The notes under the pieces were generated by a model. That model ran no database searches and was not told where the DNA came from. It saw only the letters and a list, made by a program, of their open reading frames with translations. Below are positions 35,501 to 50,500 of a stretch of 64,000 bases of DNA, one piece after another. The stretch is from Antedon mediterranea (lineage: Eukaryota; Animalia; Echinodermata). Position numbers and translations under genes: made by a program. Numbering within the stretch: position 1 is the stretch's first letter; every line of letters begins with the position of its first letter. The stretch is from positions 8,608,201 to 8,672,200 of the forward strand of contig NC_092670.1 in NCBI RefSeq assembly GCF_964355755.1, given 5' to 3'.

Positions 35501-38500
35501 AAGAGTACAGGATATTTATTAATATAATTAATACAGGTTGTCACTTCTTCTTTTTTATCATCTTCAATTTCTTTTTATTTCCTTCTCTATCTCTACCTTT
35601 TTATCTTTTTTTTAACCCTTTTTTCGACCACAGACCACGAGTATTAATCTATCGTCCCACAGGTAAAATTCAGGCTCAAAATAGGCTCTTATCCCCTTAA
35701 AATAATTACGGTACTCAGCCTGGAAACAGTTTCAAAGTACAGGTTGGTAAATATGTGACACCTTTATCAGCTATTTTTAAGTATAATGAACATTTATTGA
35801 GTGAAATGGTTCCAATTTACCTCTAAAGTAAATTTTCACTGATTCTATACATTTTTATCTAACGTTAAAAACTACAGTATATTATATTAAGAGTACAGGA
35901 TATTTATTAATATAATTAATACAGGTTGTCGCTTCTTTTCCTTCTTTTTATCCTTTTTCTTTTTTTTATTTTTTCCTTTATTTTTTTATATATTTTTTTT
36001 ACCACAGACCGCGGGTATTAATCTACCGTCACATGCAGTAATTCCACATGGAATTTCGACCACATGATGGAATCCTTGAGTTATTATAGTAACTCAATGG
36101 TTTAAAATCAAACGTACACGCCGAATCATTAATTTCCAGCTATAAACAAAGTGATATCATTGACAAATCTGCAATATTTGGCCTAATTTTTCTCATTTTA
36201 CAATAGTATACGAGTGTTTGCATATTAGTAACATTAGTGCTTTAATTGCGTTATTTCCTACTCCAAATAGGCATAGTTTAGGGCTAGTAATTATGTTGAT
36301 ATTAAAATATGATTACAGCCAGTGCTTCGCATTTTCTGTAAGGTTTATCATGCTCAATTAGATTTATTTTTTTTTTACATTTCTCTCAAAAACTTTGTGT
36401 CTATACAAATGTTATTAGTGAGCAACTATTCTATCAATGTGTATTCCTTTAAATTTACCAGGGAGTGAATTGCTATGCTGATTTATTATGTCTACTTATG
36501 TTAATCGTTAAAAACTACAGTATATTATATTAAATTCCAACCATAAAAACCACAAAAGAAAGTAGTACCACATCAAGAAAGAGTAGGCCTACAGGATATT
36601 TATTAATATAATTAATACAGATTGTCGCTTCTTTTCCTTCTTTTTATCCTTTTTATTTATTTTTTTTTCTTTCTTTGTTTTTTATTTATTTATTTATTTT
36701 TTTTTTACCACAGACCGCGGGTATTAATTAATAAACAATCAATGATTACAGTAGCCTATTCAATACAAACATTACATTACAAAATGTACCGGTACTGACA
36801 AGTGTTCCTCTTGCAAAACTTTATCAGTGGCCCTACGAATAACAAATAACCAATCAAAAGCACCTGTTAATACAAAAAAAAACAATGAAAATGATGTGAC
36901 TACTTATTCTAATAAAATTACATAGAATTGTAATAAAATGAAAATATTTTACTAGGATATGGATTTATATATTATTTTATCATCAGGATACAATGATTGT
37001 TTTTTTATTTCAAAGTAAAATACTCCAATTCACGTTTATAGTTCATTAATTAAATTAATAGATCATAATTTTTTTTAAATGTCACCAACCAAATATACAG
37101 TACACTCATCTTGACCAACTTAATTTACGACATGCATTTACTTGCATTTACATATTATGCAGATCGGAATATTATATCACTCTTAGATATGATAAATAAT
37201 TACTGTATGTGATTTTAAACAAACTATTCTTGAAAAGACCTAATAATAAACAGTAAACAACATGTAGTTACCATTAGTACTTCGAAAATCTTATTTGGTT
37301 AATAATAGCTTTGAAAACAAGTAAAAACCAACATAAATAAAACAATCACTATTTACAAATTTAGGTTTAACGATTTGCCCCAAATAGGGGTGTTTTCCGA
37401 TCGTGGTATACACTGTCTAATGAATGTCTATCTTGAAAATACCCTTACACAGTAATACAAGGATACTTTGCATTTTCCTATCTCCTCCTTCCTAAGATAA
37501 TTGTTTTTAATAGCTGAAAACCGGTTGAACAGCTTGAATACAGCATCATAATGTTGATGACAGGCCGATTTTCTTAAAAAAATACTATTTTGATAGATTT
37601 AATATACGTTTATACAAATGTATTGACTTGCGATGAATGAAACATTCCAATCTCTGTTCCAAAAGTGTCTATTCCCTCAGGCGGAGAACGAATAGAAATA
37701 ATGTACATGTTAACCTTAAATATACAGTTCAAATTACACTTAAACGTGGAAATTTTAAAACTCTAAATAATATTTGAACTAATTTAATTGTTTAACGATA
37801 TAAAATTTTTATTGGGTTAAAATGGCTGTGTTAAAAGCAATACATTCTGCTCGGCGTTTGAATGCAAGGAAGACTAAGCTGCTGTTCCACCAGGATATTC
37901 GTCATCCTCCCCTAACCGCTGTTGTGTGTCGTAAAGTCCCTAATAATGTTAACTATAAACTGTACATCTGTAATAATACTGTTACATTTCTAAGGGTACA
38001 ATCAATAGCATTATAGTGTAACCGTGTGTCTACTTTTAAACAACAGAAAACCAACAAGTTTTGTCTAAAACAGTGTTAAAACATTTATTGACAATGAACA
38101 TGTACTACAGTAACTCAAAACATTTCCAACATCAAAACAGTATTCATTCACCATCATATTTATTGATTTTCTTTATCATTAAGTGAATGACTACAGTAGT
38201 TAGGAACATGAATACTTTTTTCACATTGCTGCTCTAGCCTGCTATGTCCCATGAGGATATATTCATTAAGAAGCTAAAGCAAGTAGCAGTTATAGTATCT
38301 TAAGGCTATAATTTATAGGTCCCAGCTGCTGGACCCAAAAAACGTCTGGAAAATGAAACAAAATTATCAGAATCAAAGTATTTAATGAACACATGATGTA
38401 ATTTCGACAGTTTGAAAAAGAAAATGGATTTTGCAAATAATATTTTTATTTATTACATATTTCTATGGTAACAAAAAGTTGAAAATTGTGTATTTATTAT

Positions 38501-41500
38501 ACAATTAACTGGTGAAAAAATGGGCATGATGTGATTTATAATTAAATTGTATGTTAGATTTTGTGTATTTTTGCAATTAACCAACATAATTTTTTTTTTA
38601 CACGTTTCCATGGTAACAAAAACACATTTTCCATAAATTTTTAAAAATTGTGTGTTTATAGTATACAATTAACTAGTGAAAAAATGGGCATAATGTGATT
38701 TATAATTAAAGATTTGTATGTATTTTTGCGATTAAAGGACATCTTTTTAATAATTAATCATTTACTATAATATCTGATGAAAGAACAATGAATGAGCGGC
38801 GTTTTTTGTAAGAAATAGTTCTTGTTTAATTTTGCAATCATTCATTCAGTTATCCAACATACCCTTGGTGTCAATTTCTATTCAGATTTAGCCATCAAGA
38901 GTCACTGTATTAAAAATCTACTTCTTTCAATATTTACTTTTTGCATCTATAAATCGTGTTTAGTAATAAGAAAAGAAAAAGAAACAAAATCAGGAATCAA
39001 AAATAATTTGGAGATTATTTTACTATGAATTAAAGCATTTATTAACAAATGAATTTATGAATAATTTACATAAGGCTCAGAAGAAATGGACGAATAACCT
39101 AAAAGATAAATTATTAAAACTATCTAAAGACTTGATGTTAATAATTTAATTATTTTATCGATTCCTTTTTCTTTCTTACCTTATCATAATGGACACAAAT
39201 CCTGCATATCAACGTAAAATCTGTTTATAAGCATCACATACAGTATACTTTTTTAAGATGACAATAGTTCAAATACATGTAGCATGTCAATATAATCTGT
39301 ATGTATTGGTATTTGTTTAACATATCTTTCTATATTTGCATTATTTTATATCGTATACGTGTCAATTTAATCTATAGGTATGTGTATTTGTTCAATATAT
39401 ATACTTCTATACTACTATAATATGTTATACCGTAAATACAAATTGTAAGTAGTAGTTGTACTAAGATGACATCGGGTATGAAGCGTCTCACATACACACA
39501 GAGCCAAAATTGCATCTTGGACTTGCACCGTGTATGGACTCTCCCCTTACGGTTTCCATTAAATATACCATTTCATGCTATCATTCTAAATAACTAACTT
39601 TCAACCTACTGCATTCCTCTTTTTTTCATACATCCATCTTATCTTGGTGAAAAGGGAGGATACTACATTTTCCTCCCCTGAGTTTATAGCCTCTCTACTC
39701 GAACACAAACTCGAACACAAATAAGATCACAAATAATAATAATCATGTATTTTACCGCCATTTTTCATTTCTACATTTTAATTAACATCGTATCTAAAAT
39801 TTTAAATGAGAAAATATATGGGTCATTCCATCTCAGTTCACCCAAAAAAAATGGAATTTTAAACCCTACCTCTTCCAATTTTGATGAAATTTGGTATATG
39901 GGTGATTCATAGCAATTAAAGCCAAAATTTCAAATTTTAACTTTATCGGACCAACGGTTTTCAAGTTATCGCAATTTCAATTTTCGGTTTTTACGCAAAA
40001 AAGCGCGCGGCCGCCACGTTTCAAAGAGCTGTATCTCTGGAACTATAGGTTCGATTTTAAAAACAAAGGTATTTTTGTAAAGGGGAGACCATAAGGAACC
40101 TAAATATACTAATTGTGTGTGTTTTATGTTAATTTTAAGTTGAATAAAACTTTGACATATATTTTGACCTTGAAATTGACCCCGTGGAACACGCCCGATT
40201 TGTTGGTGACTATCACGAAAAATGTAGCCCTACGTGTCAACTACAACATATAAAAAAATTGGAGGGGTTTTTTTCTTTGTTTCCATGAAATTACAATTTG
40301 AAGTTGACATACCTCTTCCTTTTAGTGTATTTTTGGTGTTGTTATACTTATACACAGTGTGAACACTAACTGTTAAGGTGTCTTATTGTTACGCTTTCTC
40401 ATCAGGCCCACTTAAACAGTAGATATATTTTGATATGAGAAATACTGGGTAACTCAAATACTTTTCAAATCAATTTTGACACATAGTTTAGTGTCCTTAC
40501 TATGTTATTATGCACATTAACATATGCATAATAAGTGATTGCAGAGAACATACAACAGTCACTGTATATGCCTTTTTAAAGGTTGCCATCCCCTATATAA
40601 AAACAAAACTACCAACCATGAAAAAAGTTCATTATTCACAGATGGATGTGGCGGCCAATACAAAAACAAATATAACTTTATTAACCTTTGCCACCACCAG
40701 GAAGATTTTGGTTTAGACGCCGAGTGGAATTTTTTCGCTACATCACATGGCAAGAGTGCGTTTGATGGCATAGGTGGAACAGTTAAGAGGCTTGTCACTA
40801 AGAGAAGCTTACAGCGTTTGACTGAATGTCATATTATCACATCTCTCAGTATGTTCGACTACTGTGTAATTTTTTATTTTTATTTTATGTCTTTAGGCAA
40901 TGTGGCCAAGGATTATCAATGGTGAATTAATCACTGTCCTATCAGATAGGTGGTAATCCCCCTGATACAGGGGCTATTGTGTGAACCAGTTCACCGGGGT
41001 AACCCCCTACTCTTTTTCGAATAATGAACTGGGTTCTTTAAAGTACACACATGTTATAACTGTGTACACTGGACCTACAGTTTATAGTCCTTATCCGAGA
41101 AGACTTGTTCCACCACCAGAACGGAGCGAGTCGGCCTCGAACCCTTGCCGATGTTGTTGTTGGCTCTTTTAGGTACGGTAAACGGCGCCCCTGCCTTAAC
41201 CGCTCGGCCATATGACTCGCTCATATGGACATTCCAGGCATCAACTTTTTTCATGTGGGAATAGATGAGGTATCTACTGTGGAAAAAGAAATAAAGCCGA
41301 GATTCAACCTCGCCCAGACCATCAAGGGTACATTACAATATCATCGCTTTGTTCCCGTTTCTCTGGCACAGATGCAGGTCTACAAACTTAGTACCCAGAT
41401 AAACCCTCCGGATGTGGTAGTGATTCAAGAATCTTTCAGTGATGAAAATGAAATTGTTGCTGATACACAACCCACCATTATTAGAATTCAGAATTTTGTG

Positions 41501-44500
41501 TGCTGTAGTTATGATGGTGTCCCATGGATTGGTTTGGTGGTGGATGTCTCACTCTCAGAAGAGTTTGGGGATTTTCAAATTAAATTTATGCATCCTCATG
41601 GGTCAGCGAAAACCTTTTATTGGCCGTCCAAAGAAGACTGTTGTTGGATTCCTGAATCAAATGTACATTGTATTATAGCCTCTCCGTTTATAAAATCCTC
41701 TTCGACTAGGAATTAAAGTATTTCCCAAAATGATCGCCACAACATTTCTAAATACTGTTTGAATTGTCCAGATGACAAGGAGTAAAGGCCAGACATAGAC
41801 AATTGTAACATTATAATAATATTTAGTTTGTAAATAAAATTAATTTTGGAATACATCAAATTGACATTGAAGTAATGCATGGACAGACACCAAAAATACA
41901 CTAAAAGGAAGAGGTATGTCAACTTCAAATTGTAATTTCATGGAAACAAAGAAAAAAACCCCTCCAATTTTTTTATATGTTGTAGTTGACACGTAGGGCT
42001 ACATTTTTCATGATAGTCACCAACAAAACGGGCGTGTTCCACGGGGGAAATTTCAAGGTCAAAATACATGTCAAAGTTTTATTCAACTTAAAATTAACAT
42101 AAAACACACACAATTAGTATATTTAGATTCCTTATGGTCTCCCCTTTACAAAAATACCTTTGCTTTTAAAATCGAACCTATAGTTCCCGAGATACAGCTC
42201 TTTGAAACGTGGCGGACGCGCCCTTTTTTGCGTAAAAACCGAAAATTGAAATTGCGATATCTTGAAAACCGTTGGTCCGATAAAGTTAAAATTTGAAATT
42301 TTGGCTTTAATTGCTATGAATTACCCATATACCAACTTTCATCAAAATTGGAAGAGGTAGGGTTTAACTCATTGGGTGATCTGAGATGGAATGACCCATA
42401 TGGTTAATATAATGAATTCTGGCATCTTATTATGTAAATATACCGGTATTTTAACTACTCTAAACACTTACTTTTAATTGTCACAAATGTACTTATATGT
42501 ATATAATATATTCATCAATGAGAATTTAAATAAACGTGAGAAGAACTCACACAAGACAAAAAAAAAAAAATCTACTTTGTGAAACATTTTCTATTGTCGT
42601 ACATCCTAATTCTATCATAAACCTACTCTTTTTGTAATCTATTATTATTATATGAAGATTATTATATGAATTTTTTAATTTCCTTCTTTTTTAAAACAAT
42701 TATCATTATTCGGACCTAAGGGCCCCATAATTGTCAAATAGTGTATTTTGCTGAATATTATTTTTTTATTTAAAGATGTATTGTCCCTTTGACTAATTCC
42801 AAAAAAATTTTTTTTTTAATTTTGAAAAAAAGTGGGTCATTTTGAAGTATCATAATAGTTATAAAAAAATTAGTCGAAAAAAAAAAAAAAATTAACCGAA
42901 ATACAGATGTTTTTTTGTTCAAAAAAAAACTTTGACTTCCAGTCAAAGTTTTCAATCAAAACATATCTCATAATGCAACGCACTTATTTGGCTACTCTGT
43001 ATGCATAATCATAAAACTTCCTTGCGATCTGTGTGAAAACACCTTCTCAACCGTGAGAAGTTGTAAACAATCCTAATTAGCATAATGCATACTCATGGTT
43101 TGAAATCTGTGTTTACTTTCGCTTGCGACGATTTCCTAGATGAAATGTAATCTAATTAATTTACCTGTTAATTACGTAAAATTGTTGTTTTTGGCTCGAA
43201 TTTTCGACTTAAAGTGAATAACTTTAATATTACTTTGATATGGCCAATTTAAATTTAGAATATTTTTTTTTTCATTTTTTGTGTTTCAAGGGACACTACA
43301 TCTTTAAGTTGTTAACAAATTATCATCATCATATTGCAAATGTTTGTAGGTCAGTACTCACACCTTTTTAAAATCTTAAAGCAAAATTCCAATTTATAGC
43401 TAGTTGTAAACCAGTAGACTTATTATGATTTCTTGCAGGATGGAAATACCCCACTACATCAATATCTGAGCATGTTCAATACAGAGTTTGCTGATCATCT
43501 AAAGGAGGATGTTATTAAATTAGAGATACTAAATATACTTGTACATCAAGAGGCTTTAACCACAACAAACAAAGTAATTTACATCAAATGCAGATGATTT
43601 AAATTAAAACCTTTTTAAAATCAATATTTTGACTCGGAGTCTCCTTATAAGGCACTGCCTGAGTTTCAATCAGCCTTTGCAACAAATAAAAGTTGAGCTT
43701 AACTGAAAAGTGTGAAATATATAACAATATAAGAAATAAATTTTAATAGATCTTGTGGTGTCAACTAAATATTTCTGTGCACAATTAAATAAAATTTGAG
43801 GGCGTGTTGGACATTGGACTACTAATCGTGAGATCGAGGTTCGAATCCAACTCCCGCCGCATTGCTTGTATCCGTAGGCAAGATACTTTACTTACGTTTG
43901 CCTCTCTCCACCCAGGTATATAAAATGGGTACCCGGGTTAGATCAAGACACAACTTTGCGCTGATTACTAGTTGCATTATGGGAGTATGTTTCAATACGT
44001 GTTTGACAACAAAAAAATGACTGGGGTAATAATGTTTTAGCGCTTAGAGGTTTCACATTTTGCTACCTATATAAATTCAGGATATTATTATTATTAAAAT
44101 AATATTGTTGAAAGAACAGTTGATCCAAAAATAAAGATATTATAAATTGTAAATAGGAGAAGAGTCTTGATCAAGTAAATATTTATCCATTTTGTTAACA
44201 CTGGTGATTCGTTCCTTTTTAAGGGCATTATTATGAGAGAAATAGTAGATAGTAATTTTTAACATGATGTAAATTTAGAGAATTTGAGGTCTTGTTACAA
44301 AATTTACATCTGTTTGATTGAAGTTATAGTAGGTGGAACGGCTTTTTTTTAGGGAATAACATTGATTAGTTTTATTTGTATAAAATGGTACTTTTCATTT
44401 ACTTTCCTATTTTGCAATTTTAATTAAATCACTGTTTATCCTTTGTTCAAAGATCTGTACAATAATACATGTATCATGTATGATCATCAGCATATAAGCT

Positions 44501-47500
44501 GACATCACATTGAAGATTTATCGACAATATAATTATTAACAGTTTTAACTGAAAAAAAAAAATGTTTAAAAACATAATCAGGCTGTTATTTTAATTATGC
44601 TGTTTGTAGATCAGTACCAATCTTAAATTAGCAAATGACCTTTTTTAATATCATCTTATTTTAAATTATGATTATGATTAATTTCAGGATGGAAACACCC
44701 CACTACATCTATACCTGAGCATATTCACTACAAAGTTTGGCTATTATCATATGCATCGTGGTATTAAATTAGAGATACTGAACAGTCTTGTACATCCAGA
44801 TGCATTAACCATATCAAACAAAGTAATGTAACATAAATCATGTAAACAAGTAATTTTAACCTTAAACATGTACTATATATATATATATATATACACATTT
44901 ATAATAAAACTAAAATATTGTAATGTAATAAGGTAACATAATTTTGCATTATTATCATAGTATTACACATTGTGACAGATACATTTGCAAAATAATGAAA
45001 ATATTACTTTTATATAAATTGTTTGTTTAATATGTATGAATTGAAACTATTTTTTGAATAATCATCACAGCCATTTTTAAATCTAAGTACAAACATGCCA
45101 ATGTTATATCATCTAGTTGTATTAAACCATTAGAAGAAGTAAATGATTATGATTTCTTGCAGGATGGAAACACTCCACTTCATCTTTATCTGAGCATATT
45201 CTATAAAGGGTTTGCCTTTTTAATGATGGAGCGTGGTATTGAATTAGAGATTCTGAACAGTCTCATACATCAAGATGCATTAACCACAACAAACAATGTA
45301 ATGTACAATAAATGTTAACAAATACAATTGTTTTATTAATTTAATAAAATTAAAGTATAGTGTATCCTACATTGCATTATTATCATAATTATTGCATAAC
45401 ATATATTACTGTTGTTTTTATAATGAATTGTAGTTTTACAATGCATACATTTTCAATTATTATCATTGCAGCTGTTTAGTTTAGTACTAGAGCCATTTTT
45501 ACAATCTTAAAGTAGCAGCATGCCAATGTTATATTATCTAGATTATGATTTATTGCAGGATGGAAACACACCACTTCATCTATATCTAAGCATATTCTAT
45601 AGAAGGGTTTTATTTTATCCAAAGGAGCGTGGTATTGAATTAGAGATACTGAATAGTCTCATACATCAATATGCATTAACCACATCAAACAAAGTAATGT
45701 ACAATTTTATGTTTTTTTATTGAACCATGTTTCATAATAGACCAGTCGGATCTGGAGGCAGGTGTCACTTTTCTGCAGAATTTTCCAAACCAACTTTTTC
45801 TAGTGCATTTTTTGACGTAGATTACGAATCTGGTTGTTGATCGGACTAACGTGGGGGCTTTTTAAAGATATAAACGTTTAAAATCTTGATTTTTCAGAGC
45901 CGAAATTAATCAAAATAAAACAAATTTAGACAATAGAGGGCGCACTTTCTATATAATCATGAGTAAATTGGATTAAAAAAGACTTCGTTGCTGTGAATTT
46001 TATTCACGTAAATGTGAAAATAATTTATAAATCTGATCGGTTTTATATGCTGAAATTGTTTTAGTAATACACTGTGTAGTATAAAGTTAGTTAGAACTTT
46101 TCATTTTCGCGTTTTCAGTGATCAAAAATGATATTGTCTAGGCCCGAATATGAATGCTTCCAGCGTACGACGTATGTAAACAAAGGACGTGTAAACCGCG
46201 ATGACCGCATATAAAGTTCGCTCAAGTGAATAGTGGGTAGGCTTTTACTAGCCTAGCGTATTATGACCGTATGCATGAAACATCTTTCTCTAGCTTATTT
46301 TGCATGCAGCGCTAGCTTTACATAAACATGTGTACTACTGTTTTTAAATTTTTTTCCCCCGATTTTTAGGTGGTGTAGGCCTAGAACTTATATTATTATT
46401 ATATTAGTATTACTGACAGGCTTCTAGAGTAGGCTACTACTACTAGGCCTAGTACTGCTGTAGTAACTAGTTGGCATAACAATAGCGTAGGTGTAGATGT
46501 ATTATGGTGTCGTGTGTGTAGTCTTACAGCTAAAACATTTATTTTTGTATAAATAAATCTAATAAATGCTGTGTACTACTACCCGTATATTCAGCTGATT
46601 ATAACAATACATTCAGCAACCCTATCAACCAACGATTTCTCACAGGTGACATCATTGTTCAGGTGGAAACATTGTGAAAATACTACAACGATATTGAATG
46701 TATTATTTATTACGAAAGCTGCATCTAGCATGAACATATTTCCTCTCTGACTCAGATCATGTTTTAAACAATAAAAGAAAATAAGGTTGCCCTAAAGAAC
46801 TAGCTGTAGAAAATCACATAAAACAATAAACATGGCTATATCATACCAAATGTATTCTACAAAATAAACAGCCAGCATCATATAATAATTATGGTTTAAA
46901 ATGTCAAAGACCAACTGATAAATGTGGAATTTGCGTGTATGGTGGTTTGATTCCATAATAGTAATACTGTATATTGATGATGCCAACTATTGCATTTTCT
47001 ATGTATATGTACAGGCGCGTAGCCAGGGGGGTTTTATGGTTCGGGCGAACCCCTATTCCCGACATGCCCAATACCTCACCCTCATCTCTGAAAATCCTCC
47101 AAATACGTGCCCCAAACAGTACAAAAGGTTAATTTGAAAAATTCGTTCGTGAATAACTCGATACCCTCTTCACTGTATGAGCGTATGTCGAGCGATACGT
47201 GTCTGTAAATTTACGAGTTGCAAATGAATTGCCGATTTTCACCTGAAATCCCTTGATGTAACATGATATTGATGCGTGTATCGTACTCATAAAGTGAGCT
47301 GGGGCACGAACGATTCGTACAAAGGACACCGCCAGACAATAGCGTGACGTACCTATATTGTTTAGATCACGGCAGTCAGCATGCATAAAGTATACCGTAA
47401 ATCTTCTAATTGTAACCCTGGGTTATTATATTATTCTTTGATTGTTTTTTAGGGTGGGTTACTATTAGAAAGGGATTACTATTAGAGTAGTGGTTACTAT

Positions 47501-50500
47501 TACTTGAAAATAGTAACCCACCCCCAACTATTCCGGTCAGCAGCTCATAGCAAAATAATAAAACAGTACGGATAAACACATTTGTTTGAACAGAACTAAC
47601 TAACTAACTAACTAACTTATAAACTCAAAAACACTCAATCCTCCCCCCACACCCGAGATCAACATGCATTATCTCCTTATTACTATTAGAGTAGTGGGTT
47701 ATTATTATAGATTGACTATTGACTGGGTTACACTATTACTATTAAAAGGAGGGTTACTATTATTAGAGTGTGGGTTACTATTAGAAGATTGATTAATATT
47801 TAATTTCTTCAAATTTCTGTAAATAAATATAGGTAGAGCTATAATAAGCATTGAATTTGCCTTCTCACACAAAGTGCTTTTTTTGGGGATTCCCCTAGAC
47901 GTACGTACGTTGACATTGAACTTGAACGCAAGTGAATGATCAAAAAAGGTACGAATACGATCGTTTTGGCTTGCTCATTGGTAGCATGCTGCATGAGAGT
48001 GTCTTTTCCGACTAATTAGAGGTGCTATTTATCATGAATGTTATGTGCGAGAGTATACCATTTCCGGCCATCTAGAGGTGTCATTTAACCAAATTTGCTT
48101 CGCCCCTCCAGATTTAGGATGGCTTTTAGGTAAGGGTGGAATTAAACGACTTAAAACTCATTACAAACGTATCAGATTAACATAATTCGTTTTTGCTGTA
48201 GCATACGTCGATACACAGTACATAACGTAACCGTCAGTAAACTTCGCCTGGAAAGTAATACTACGACACATTTTGGTCCCTGGATGGAATATGATATCAC
48301 GCGTTTGGACACAACGTTGAACGATTCGTACAAAGGGATACCGCCAGACAAGTGCGTACCTATTGTTTAATAGTTGGATAGCTGGCAATAATGAATGCAT
48401 AATAGCCCTCTGGACGTACTCGCGGTCAATGGAACGTCGCGGTTTTCTAGGCGCTGAAGCTACGAAGTGAACGCCAACGATTTTTACAGTATTCCCCGAC
48501 TCGACAAAAAGTACCTGTGTTCCCTCCTTCCCAGATATGGGATAGGCTCCCCGACGAGGGGATAGATAGAGCCCATGCGGATACACAGTTGATGATCTTA
48601 ACCTGGATGTTTTACTATTTTCATGAGATTTAAAACATATGTTTTCTTAGAATATGCCAATTGCGCATTCTTTTGACATCATACTTTACTAACTTATGAC
48701 GTCATAGGTACGTTATATGGTAATTTAAATATTAATTGGAAAGTTTAATACCACATTTAAATAGCGGGTATTCTGAATTTATGCTAATTAACCTTTAGTT
48801 TTTGATGTCTGACCGTATCATGTTCATTTCAACAGGAAAATGTTAGAAAATTGTTTTCCTGCGGTTTCTACATTTTTTTTAGCATAGGATAATGTCATTT
48901 AAGCAGTTATAACATAATATATGACGTCACAACTACCTTATGACGTCATAGTTACGTCATATGGTAATTTAAATATGCTAGTTTGAAAGTTTAATGTCAC
49001 ATTTATATTTACTCGTAATGCACTTAGGTGGTCTAAAATCAACCGTTGAGGAGATATGGGAACTTCAAATGGTAAATGGCGGCCATTTTGAAATTATGCC
49101 AATTAACCCACTTTCCGGTGTCCGATTTCGATAAATTTTGGATATGATGTTTATTTGGACCATATCAACTAGACAACACATTTCTGTTGCATTTAACATA
49201 TCTAAACGATTTCCTCTTCATAAAATGACTTATTTGACCTAATTTGAGCTTTGACCCTTCATATCTCAAAAACGCCCCCTCCCCGTCGCCCTTCATATTC
49301 GTATTCTACAGCCAAAATTACCCCAGAAAAAATACATGAAGTAAATTCTGAAAAAAGTGACACCTACACCTCAAATACGACTGGTCTATAAGGGTAGGGA
49401 AATACATATCATAACAATTCAAATAAATAAAACTACAATAAAATATATAAATTGTAATACAAGTTCCATAAAATTCAAAATTAGCTTTAAAATTATTTAA
49501 ATTTAATACAATATTTCGATATATACACAAAGGTTCAAAATGCAATGTATTTAAAATATTGCATATTGCACTATTACCATTATATAGCATTTTACCATTG
49601 AAAGATTTTGTAAACTTTATGCTAAGAGACCTTGGAAAAAAAGATCAGAAATTAAACATATTCAATCTTTATTAAGATTAGGATCTGTATTACTGAACAT
49701 CAGTTTTTTCTTTTAATTTATGTTTTAAATTATTATTTTGTTGGAGACATGAACATTTTTGTTGGTTTTCAAGAGCTATCTGCTCTATCATTTCAGTGAT
49801 TTTTTAATATATTTAGTTAAGACTTCATGTGTGTTTATGCATATTTTTCTTGTTTTACATATTTGTTTAGTTAAGTTTGTGAGTTTGTAACTTTTTATTT
49901 ATGAATGCACCAATGGTCATTGATTGAGTGCCACCGATCTAAAGGTGTAAGTTCAAATATATAAATAAATGGCACATGTGAAGTAAATACATTTGCAAAT
50001 TGGAGACAAAATATATTACTGTTATTTTTTTATTATGAATTAGGTTTAATAATGTATGATTTGATACTACAGTAGGACCTCTTCTTTGGGACATCTCTAT
50101 TCAGAGGATGCCCCCTATTAGGGAGACACTTTCCGACAAAAAAAGGGGAAATATAAGTTTTAACTTGACAGTCAAATGTACAGTATTTTTGAAAGGATGA
50201 CTGCTAATTATTATTCATTTTGGTATTTATGTATAGTTTTTTCCTGCGAAAATCCCTATTAAAGGGACAATTTCAGATTTTGGTTAGTGTTCAAATGGTT
50301 CTACTGTATTCTTAAATAATCATCATTGTACTTGCTTGTATACTTGCTCAATTCTGTAATTATTGCCTTAGTTAGTTAGTCTACCAATCACAGTACAGTA
50401 GTCTAACAATCACATTTTTTTCTGGAAACTAGAATTGTAAGAATGATTTGCAGAACATCAGATAAAAATAATGTGGGTTGTCATGGGGCGGGTGGGTACG

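Noticed and set aside
41100-43860. tRNA-like A/B boxes at ~41135-41212 (minus) and ~43838 (plus) as tRNA genes
   Set aside because: No complete cloverleaf, and each is followed by a SINE body and simple-repeat tail.
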